Source: an uncultured Gammaproteobacteria bacterium
GTDB lineage: Bacteria > Pseudomonadota > Gammaproteobacteria > Magnimaribacterales > Magnimaribacteraceae
Direction: 5' to 3'
NCBI GenBank assembly: GCA_964571215.1
Contig: CAZMZZ010000002.1
Location: forward strand, 302-64,301
Length of the DNA stretch: 64,000 nucleotides
In this document: positions 57,260-64,000 of the stretch, in pieces
Numbering within the stretch: position 1 is the first letter of the stretch
Layout: each line of letters begins with the position of its first letter
Made by a program: the position numbers and the translations under genes
Notes under the pieces: model-generated
The model's input: only the letters and a program-made list of their open reading frames with translations
Database searches by the model: none
What the model was told of the DNA's origin: nothing

Positions 57260-59047
57260 ATGGTTAAATCAGAAATTCAAAAAAGCCTTCTCTTGGCTAT
57301 TCAATCAATAAAAGAATGGGAAGACCTTAATTTAACTTCGCTAAAAATTGAAATTAAGGATAACAGGGAAAAGAAATTCGGTGACCATTCTACAAATCTA
57401 GCGTTAATTTTGAGTCAGAAACTTAAAGACGATCCAGAAAAAATAGCAGAGAAATTAATAAAAAATTTTCCCCCAAATTCATCTATAAAAAAAATAGAGT
57501 TTTCTAAACCAGGCTTTATTAATTTCTTTCTAGTAGACTCCCATCATTTTGAAATTCTAAAAATAATCAATAAAGAAAAGGATAAATTCGGACTAAACAG
57601 TAGTAAAAATAAAGGCAAAAAAACGTTAATAGAATACGTATCTAGCAACCCCACAGGCCCTTTGCATGTGGGTCATGGCAGAGGGGCTGCTTTTGGTTCT
57701 GTGCTTTCTAATGTTTTAAGAGCTTCTGGTCATAAAGTAGATGAAGAATATTATATTAACGATCAAGGTAGGCAGATAGACATACTTACTCTTAGTGTTT
57801 TGTTGAGGTACGAACAGTTTACAAACAAGGCTATCCCATATCCTAAGTTTTGCTATCAAGGTGAATATATAAATACCTATGCTGATCAGATTACAAAAGA
57901 ACAAGAGAAGAAGGAAAACAGTAAAGAAGCAAGTTTCGTTCCTCTAGATAAAGAAAAAAAATTAATCGAAGTCTTAAAAAAAGTAAAAAAAGATGAAGAC
58001 CTTGATGCGCTTATATCTTTCATAAAACAAAACCTTGAAGGAAAGTTTTTTGAGATAAAAGAGTTCGTTTTAGAAAAGATAGTTAATTCAATTAAATCAG
58101 ATTTACTTAAAATGGGTGTTAATCAAAACTTATGGTTTAAGGAAACTGGGCTTTATAAATCTCAGAATGGAAAACTCTCCTTAATCAATGAAGTAAAAAA
58201 TATTTTAAAAAAGAATGGCCTAACATACGAAAAGGAAGGGGCTCTCTGGTTTAAATCCTCCAATTTTAAAGATGATAAAGACAGAGTAATAGAAAAGGAA
58301 AACGGTCATACCACTTATTTTGCTTCGGACATTGCTTACCATGCACATAAGTACAAAAGGGGTTATGACAAGATAATAAACATCTGGGGTTCAGACCATC
58401 ATGGGTACTTGCCTAGAGTCAATTCTTCTATGACAGCTCTTGGGTTAGAGCCAGATAAACTGGAAGTAATTTTCATTCAATTTGTCACGCTTGTAAAAGG
58501 AAGTAAAAAAATTTCCATGTCTACAAGAGGGGGACAATTTATCACTCTCGATGAGCTTATGGATGAAGTGTCTCCAGAGGCAGCTAGATTCTTCTTCATA
58601 AACAGAAAAGCCGAACAACACTTGTCTTTTGATCTAGATCTCGCAAAGAAGCAAAGTAAAGACAACCCTCTTTATTACATACAATATGCTCATGCAAGAA
58701 TTTGCAGTATTCTAAAAAAGCTTGAATCAGCACAAGGAAAAGTGGATACCGCGCTAGGACAAAAAAATTCAAACCTACTAAATAGTGAAAAGGAATCAAG
58801 ATTGCTAAAAACATTGACACAATTTCCAGAAGTTGTTTTGAAATCAAGTGACAACTATGAACCGCATTTAATTTGTTACTATTTAAAAGATCTTTCTTCA
58901 ACCTTTCATGCTTATTACAATGAAGAAAAGATTCTTGTCGACAATGAAGAGGAGATGCAGGCCAAAATCCTACTTTTACAGTGTGTTAAGCAGGTTATAT
59001 TCAATGGGCTAACTCTTTTGGGGGTAAGTTCCCCTTCTTCAATGTAA
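57260..59047 (+). CDS. argS: arginine--tRNA ligase
   Basis: HIGH region SSNPTGPLHVGHGRGAAFG and a C-terminal anticodon-binding domain. Length is 595 aa. Confidence 0.95.
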   Translation: MVKSEIQKSLLLAIQSIKEWEDLNLTSLKIEIKDNREKKFGDHSTNLALILSQKLKDDPEKIAEKLIKNFPPNSSIKKIEFSKPGFINFFLVDSHHFEILKIINKEKDKFGLNSSKNKGKKTLIEYVSSNPTGPLHVGHGRGAAFGSVLSNVLRASGHKVDEEYYINDQGRQIDILTLSVLLRYEQFTNKAIPYPKFCYQGEYINTYADQITKEQEKKENSKEASFVPLDKEKKLIEVLKKVKKDEDLDALISFIKQNLEGKFFEIKEFVLEKIVNSIKSDLLKMGVNQNLWFKETGLYKSQNGKLSLINEVKNILKKNGLTYEKEGALWFKSSNFKDDKDRVIEKENGHTTYFASDIAYHAHKYKRGYDKIINIWGSDHHGYLPRVNSSMTALGLEPDKLEVIFIQFVTLVKGSKKISMSTRGGQFITLDELMDEVSPEAARFFFINRKAEQHLSFDLDLAKKQSKDNPLYYIQYAHARICSILKKLESAQGKVDTALGQKNSNLLNSEKESRLLKTLTQFPEVVLKSSDNYEPHLICYYLKDLSSTFHAYYNEEKILVDNEEEMQAKILLLQCVKQVIFNGLTLLGVSSPSSM

Positions 59048-59740
59048 ATGACATTAATGAAAGCTGATATAACTGATAATTTTCTATCTTTCATAAAATC
59101 ATTTAAAAGGTCTTGTGAAAAAGCGAAGAGAAATCCGAATGAAATCAAAATTATAGGCGCTACAAAAGGACAACCTTTGGAGGCAATTAATAAAGCTATA
59201 TCTCTTGGAATAGTTAATTTTGGTGAAAACTTTTTACAGGAGGCAGAGAGAAAAGTAGATGAGATTAAGCTGCCTGCTACATGGCATTTCATTGGCTCAA
59301 TACAAAGGAAAAAAACAAAAAAGATTTCTGCTCTCTTTGAGTGGGTGCACTCTTTAGATCAAATAACAATTGCTGAAAATCTAGATTTTCATAGACAAAA
59401 TGATAGAAGTCCTTTAAATGTGTGTGTTCAAATAAATATTGATAATGAACAAAGTAAATCAGGAATAAAATTAAAGGAAGCTAAAGGTTTTATTAATGAG
59501 CTTAAGAAATACAGAAATCTTAAAGTAAGGGGTTTAATGGCAATTCCAAAACCAAGAAAAGATGTTAAGGAACAGGAAGAAATATTCTCTTCAATCCAAA
59601 ATCATTTTCTTTATCTCAAAAACTTCTTTCCTGATTTAGATACGCTTTCTATGGGAATGTCAGATGATTATGAAGCTGCCATAAAAGAAGGGTCAACAAT
59701 GATAAGGATAGGCACTAAAATATTTGGCCCTAGACAATGA
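59048..59740 (+). CDS. yggS: YggS family pyridoxal phosphate homeostasis protein
   Basis: ..IIGATKGQP.. (PLP Lys), ..WHFIGSIQ..K and ..LSMGMSDDYEAAI... Sits in the yggS-proC-yggT context. Confidence 0.9.
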   Translation: MTLMKADITDNFLSFIKSFKRSCEKAKRNPNEIKIIGATKGQPLEAINKAISLGIVNFGENFLQEAERKVDEIKLPATWHFIGSIQRKKTKKISALFEWVHSLDQITIAENLDFHRQNDRSPLNVCVQINIDNEQSKSGIKLKEAKGFINELKKYRNLKVRGLMAIPKPRKDVKEQEEIFSSIQNHFLYLKNFFPDLDTLSMGMSDDYEAAIKEGSTMIRIGTKIFGPRQ

Positions 59741-60561
59741 GAAAAAATCAAAATATAGGATTTATAGGGGCAGGAAATATTGCCACTTCCTTAATATCGG
59801 GCCTAATTGAAGATGGGGTAAATAAAAATGATATCTTTTCCAGCTCTCCCGAGCAGGCTGATTTAGACAACTTAAGTGATCTTTACTCAATTAATGTAAC
59901 TTTAGACAATATGGAGATAATTTCTTCGTGTTCTACCATTATTTTGGCAGTAAAACCTCAAGTCTTAAAGAAAGTACTGCATGAAATCAAGAACGCTATA
60001 TCTCTGAAGAACTTGCTTCTTATTTCTGTTGCTGCAGGTATAGATATAAACTTTCTTCAGTCTCTTACAACCAACCAACAAAAAATTATTAGAGCAATGC
60101 CCAATACTCCGGTAAGCATAGGAAAGGGTGTAACTGCTTTGTGTTCTAATGCTTCTGTCAACTCTGAAGACAAAGGGCAAGCTGAACAAATTTTTAACTC
60201 TGTTGGTTCAACTTACTGGTTGAAAGAAGATTCTTTTAATCTCTACACCGCATTAATCGGTTCAGGGCCGGCTTATGTTTTTTATTTATTAGAATCTTTA
60301 AAAAAAGCAGCTAAAGGGCTGGGTGTGGAGGAGAATAAAATTGAAAACCTTATTCTAGAGATGATAATCGGTTCAGCTAAACTGGCTAGAGATAGTAAAG
60401 AGAATCCAGAGTCTTTAAGAGAAAAAGTTACTTCTCCTGGTGGTGTGACTGAAAAAGCCATAGAAGTGTTAGAAGAAAACAAATTTACTCAAATATTAAT
60501 CTCAGCTATTCAAGCTGGAGAAAAGAGGTCTTCAGACCTCGGGAAAAGGGGTAATGACTGA
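59737..60561 (+). CDS. proC: pyrroline-5-carboxylate reductase
   Basis: IGFIGAGNIA Rossmann motif and a C-terminal VTSPGGVTEKAI signature. Confidence 0.9.
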   Translation: MRKNQNIGFIGAGNIATSLISGLIEDGVNKNDIFSSSPEQADLDNLSDLYSINVTLDNMEIISSCSTIILAVKPQVLKKVLHEIKNAISLKNLLLISVAAGIDINFLQSLTTNQQKIIRAMPNTPVSIGKGVTALCSNASVNSEDKGQAEQIFNSVGSTYWLKEDSFNLYTALIGSGPAYVFYLLESLKKAAKGLGVEENKIENLILEMIIGSAKLARDSKENPESLREKVTSPGGVTEKAIEVLEENKFTQILISAIQAGEKRSSDLGKRGND

Positions 60562-61129
60562 GGCTACTATATATTTAGTAAAAGCAGTTTGTGATCTGCT
60601 TACAATAGCAATTCTCTTAAACTTTTTCTTTCGATTATTTAGGGTAGATTACTACAACCCAATAGTAAGGGGCTTCACTGCTTTCATAGATCCTCCTGCT
60701 AGACTGGCTAGAAGAATTTTAAGACCTGTTTTCAACCTAGATATATCTAGTTTAATAGTTTCCTGTTTAACTCAATATCTAGCTTTTTCTCTTGTTTCTT
60801 CTGCTGGGGCCTTAACTTCTAATACAACTACAATTATTATTTGGTCATTTTATTCTGTATTACTAATATGCCTTAAAATGTTGTTTTGGGTTATGCTGGC
60901 TGGAATAATAATTAGTTGGATAGCCCCTCTTAGTAGACATCCCGCTACAAGCCTTGTGCATCAGCTTTCTGAACCTGTTTTTAAACCTTTTAGATTAGTG
61001 TTGCCGCCTATGGGTGGCCTAGATTTTTCACCCATTTTAGCTTTTATAGTTTTGAATTTTCTACAAATACTTGTACGTAACTTTGCACTAGAGGCAGGCC
61101 TGCCCTATGGATTAAGTGTTGGTTTTTAA
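60554..61129 (+). CDS. yggT: YggT family membrane protein
   Basis: Two YGGT-like repeats (..NP..R....DP..R and ..GGLDFSPILAF..). Confidence 0.8.
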   Translation: MTEATIYLVKAVCDLLTIAILLNFFFRLFRVDYYNPIVRGFTAFIDPPARLARRILRPVFNLDISSLIVSCLTQYLAFSLVSSAGALTSNTTTIIIWSFYSVLLICLKMLFWVMLAGIIISWIAPLSRHPATSLVHQLSEPVFKPFRLVLPPMGGLDFSPILAFIVLNFLQILVRNFALEAGLPYGLSVGF

Positions 61130-61176
61130 GCTGCCTCTCTTCTTAAGACTGTTTATTTGTTTTATAATGGATTCAT

Positions 61177-61251
61177 TAACGCCGATTTGAACAGCTTGCG
61201 GGCGTTTAAAAAATACCGCTAAAACCGTGCAATGCCTGTTTAGCGAAAGCT
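61177..61251 (+). promoter_or_regulatory. candidate SAM-II/SAM-V-like H-type pseudoknot riboswitch in the metX leader
   Basis: P1 is AACGCC (61177..61182) with GGCGTT (61200..61205). Loop CAGCTT (61191..61196) pairs with AAGCTG (61246..61251). An inserted hairpin is CGCTAAA/TTTAGCG (61216..61222 with 61238..61244). L1 is U-rich (GAUUUGAA) and L3 starts A-rich. The element ends 13 nt before the metX ATG. Confidence 0.5.
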
Positions 61252-61264
61252 GACAGGTTTTTTT

Positions 61265-62401
61265 ATGGTGGAAAATAGAAAAAATATCGATAACAGTTCA
61301 GTTGGATTAGTTGAACCTAAAAAGATATCATTCAAAGAACCATTAACTCTAGAATGTGGTGAAACTTTAGAGAAAATTGAAATTGTCTATGAAACATACG
61401 GATCTCTTAATAAAGAAAAAGATAATGCTGTTTTAATATGTCATGCATTAAGTGGAAATCATCACGCAGCAGGTTTGAGAAAAAAATCAGATAAGAGAAA
61501 GGGTTGGTGGGATGGACTAATAGGTCCTAACAAGGCTATAGATACAAATAAATTGTTTGTTGTTTGCCCTAATAATTTGGGCGGCTGTCACGGGTCAACA
61601 GGCCCCCAAAGTATTAACCCAAAGAGCGGAAAACCTTATGGACCTGACTTTCCACTTATAACAGTATCAGACTGGGTAAATTGCCAGGCTATTTTTGCTG
61701 ATTTATTAGGCATAAAAACCTGGCAGAGTGTTATTGGGGGGAGCCTTGGCGGAATGCAAGCGCTACAGTGGTGCCTTTCTTATCCTGATAGGATAAAGAA
61801 GGCTGGAGTCATAGCTGCTGCTGCTAAATTAAGCGCTCAAAACATAGCTTTTAATGAAGTTGCTCGACAGGCAATTATTTCTGATCCTGAATTCAATGAA
61901 GGACTATATCTAGAAAATAATAAGATACCTAAGAGGGGTCTAAGGTTGGCCAGAATGGTTGGTCACATCACTTACCTTTCGGATGAGGCTATGAGAGATA
62001 AATTTGGTAGAGACCTTAAAAAAGGTAAATTAAATTTTGGTTTTGATGCTGAGTTTGAGGTTGAAAGCTATTTAAGACATCAGGGAGATGTTTTTTCCGA
62101 AACTTTTGATGCAAATACTTATCTTATCATGACCAAACTTTTAGATTACTTTGATCCCGCTTCTGAACATGAGGGAGATTTAGTTAAAGCCTTTGACCCC
62201 ATAAAAGCGAAGCTGTTAGTAGTTTCCTTTTCTAGTGACTGGCGATTCTCGCCGGAAAGGTCTAAAGAGATCGTGAATGCCTTAATTAGTGCCAAAAAGA
62301 ATGTTAGTTATATTGAAATAAAATCAAGCCAGGGACATGATTCTTTTCTTTTTCCAGAAAAAAGGTACTCAAAAGCTATAAATGCTTTTTTAAATAATTA
62401 G
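61265..62401 (+). CDS. metX: homoserine O-acyltransferase (MetX family)
   Basis: Alpha/beta hydrolase with nucleophile elbow [12 protein letters not shown]. Paired with metW. Confidence 0.9.
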   Translation: MVENRKNIDNSSVGLVEPKKISFKEPLTLECGETLEKIEIVYETYGSLNKEKDNAVLICHALSGNHHAAGLRKKSDKRKGWWDGLIGPNKAIDTNKLFVVCPNNLGGCHGSTGPQSINPKSGKPYGPDFPLITVSDWVNCQAIFADLLGIKTWQSVIGGSLGGMQALQWCLSYPDRIKKAGVIAAAAKLSAQNIAFNEVARQAIISDPEFNEGLYLENNKIPKRGLRLARMVGHITYLSDEAMRDKFGRDLKKGKLNFGFDAEFEVESYLRHQGDVFSETFDANTYLIMTKLLDYFDPASEHEGDLVKAFDPIKAKLLVVSFSSDWRFSPERSKEIVNALISAKKNVSYIEIKSSQGHDSFLFPEKRYSKAINAFLNN

Positions 62402-62403
62402 AA

Positions 62404-62991
62404 ATGGACATTGAAGCAATTTTTAATAACTGGATTTCAAATAGATCCACCGTCCTAGACCTGGGGTGTGGAGATGGGAAAATTTTATCTCATTTACAAA
62501 AAGAAAAAAATATTCAAGGACTGGGTGTGGAGATAGACTCAAAAAACATTCAAAAATGCATTGAAAAAGGGGTAAATGTTATTGAACATGATATCGATAA
62601 GGGTCTGGAGGCTATTTCAAATAATAGTTTTGATGTAGTAATTATGAGTCAAACTATCCAAACCCTAAACAACCCGCTTTTAGCTCTCGAAGAAGTAACA
62701 AGAATAGGTAAAAAATGTATTGTAACTGTGCCAAATTTTGGATATTGGAAAAGAAGAGTGGAGCTTATGGTAAAGGGGCAAATGCCAAAGACTGTAAGCA
62801 CTCATGAAAGTTGGCATAACAGTGACAATATACATTTATGTACGTTAAAAGATTTTGAGCTCCTTTGTAATGAATTGAAAATTACTATAGAAGAAAAATT
62901 ATTTATGAATTCTTCTGGAGTAACAAAATCCTATCTTTCTTTTGGACCTAATTTAGTTAGTTCATCTGGAATATATAGAATCTGCAAATAA
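62404..62991 (+). CDS. metW: methionine biosynthesis protein MetW
   Basis: SAM-MTase-like LDLGCGDG. Length is 195 aa and it lies directly after metX. Confidence 0.9.
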   Translation: MDIEAIFNNWISNRSTVLDLGCGDGKILSHLQKEKNIQGLGVEIDSKNIQKCIEKGVNVIEHDIDKGLEAISNNSFDVVIMSQTIQTLNNPLLALEEVTRIGKKCIVTVPNFGYWKRRVELMVKGQMPKTVSTHESWHNSDNIHLCTLKDFELLCNELKITIEEKLFMNSSGVTKSYLSFGPNLVSSSGIYRICK

Positions 62992-62994
62992 TTT

Positions 62995-63579
62995 ATGAGA
63001 ATAACCTTTGCAACAAAAAATAAAGGAAAAATTAAGGAATTAAGAGATCTTGCAGAAAATACTAATTTAATAATTGACTCAGTTCCAGATGAAGTTGTCT
63101 TTCCTAAAGAATCCGGCGTTACTTACCAAGAAAATGCATTAATAAAAGCACGACATATATTTGACTTAGTTGGAACTGGCGTTATAGCAGATGACTCTGG
63201 GCTTGAGGTTGATTCTTTAAATGGGGATCCTGGTATTTTCTCTTCTAGATACTCAAAAGAGGCAACTGATACTGCAAACATAAATAAACTTCTAATAAAT
63301 CTAGAAAAAAGTAGCAACAGAAAAGCTAGGTTCAAATGTTCAATGGCATGTATTTTAGATAAAAATTCTGAACCATTATTTTCTGATGGCATTCTGGAGG
63401 GCTTAATTACAACCGAACAAAAGGGTAAAAATGGATTTGGATATGACCCTGTCTTTTTTTTACCTAAGTTAGGGTTTTGTATGGCAGAAATTTCAAATAA
63501 AGAAAAAAATATTATTAGCCACAGGGCTATTGCTTTTAGAAAAATGATAAAAAAAATAGGACAGATTAAGTTGAATTAG
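62995..63579 (+). CDS. rdgB: non-canonical purine NTP pyrophosphatase (XTP/dITP diphosphatase)
   Basis: FATKNKGKIKEL, ADDSGLEVD and GFGYDPVF. Confidence 0.9.
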   Translation: MRITFATKNKGKIKELRDLAENTNLIIDSVPDEVVFPKESGVTYQENALIKARHIFDLVGTGVIADDSGLEVDSLNGDPGIFSSRYSKEATDTANINKLLINLEKSSNRKARFKCSMACILDKNSEPLFSDGILEGLITTEQKGKNGFGYDPVFFLPKLGFCMAEISNKEKNIISHRAIAFRKMIKKIGQIKLN

Positions 63580-64000
63580 ACCTTAATGTAGGTAAGAGAA
63601 TTAATTTGCTTTTTGTTTGTTATAGCTTTTTCTTCATATTTAGACTTTGGAATAGATTGTAAGGCGATTGGTAATTCTTCAGCTTTAAGCTTCTTCCATT
63701 TCTGAGCACTGTTCAGTTTGAACTGCACTTTCTCTAAATATTCCAACCAATCTGTTTTAAAGTACAAAATCCCTCCTTTTTTTAGACTCTTGTATACATT
63801 ATTTATAAAAAACTCATCTACAAGACGCCTTTTGTTGTGCTTTCTTTTTGGCCATGGATCAGGATGGAAAATAAGAACCGCCTCTAAAGATTCTTTTTCT
63901 ATGAAGTCACTAAACAGGCTTCTCGCATCGTGATTAATTATTTTAAGATTTATCAGCCCCCTCTCCTTTGCTCTTCTAATTAAGGAGCCTATTCCCGGGA
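63576..64000 (-). CDS. trmB: tRNA (guanine-N7)-methyltransferase, C-terminal part (5' end outside window)
   Basis: My own translation is open from the window edge: ..LINLKIINHDARSLFSDF..AVLIFHPDPWPKRKHNKRRLVDEFF..GGILYFKTDW... The track lists only the last 63 codons, from an internal TTG. Confidence 0.85.
   Translation of the reverse strand, partial: PGIGSLIRRAKERGLINLKIINHDARSLFSDFIEKESLEAVLIFHPDPWPKRKHNKRRLVDEFFINNVYKSLKKGGILYFKTDWLEYLEKVQFKLNSAQKWKKLKAEELPIALQSIPKSKYEEKAITNKKQINSLTYIKV

Noticed and set aside
1-64000. CRISPR arrays, tandem repeat arrays, IS elements, retron/DGR-type reverse transcriptases and toxin-antitoxin pairs.
   Set aside because: None was recognisable. Every intergenic gap is 175 nt or shorter, and every ORF of 80 aa or more outside shadow frames has a housekeeping-type or family-level assignment.

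Overview
The window is visibly AT-rich and extremely gene-dense. Its gene order looks gammaproteobacterial: tsaD/rpsU, gmk-rpoZ-spoT-recG, hisBHAF, mutY-yggX-tRNA-Phe, gcvTHP, lgt-thyA-folA and yggS-proC-yggT-metXW-rdgB. I call about 73 protein genes and one tRNA, and nearly all are core housekeeping functions. The call set includes a 55-aa rubredoxin that the ORF track misses. I see no CRISPR array, transposase, integrase, rRNA or long repeat family, and no convincing novel multi-gene defence-type system. I am stating that plainly rather than inventing one. The unusual items, in my order of interest:
1. An in-frame fusion of a DUF1295 membrane-enzyme domain to a complete phosphatidylserine decarboxylase (55089..56663).
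2. A ~1.2 kb islet after tRNA-Phe carrying only an orphan SPPY DNA methyltransferase, bounded by a degenerate copy of the tRNA 3' end.
3. An H-type pseudoknot leader upstream of metX with SAM-II/SAM-V-like topology.
4. The missed rubredoxin, which is stop/start-coupled to a transporter gene.
5. A six-gene Vibrio TonB2-type energy-transduction cluster with a palindromic, Fur-box-like operator candidate.
6. Convergent genes that systematically overlap at their 3' ends, leaving no room for intrinsic terminators.
All product calls rest on motif recognition by eye. No database search was run.
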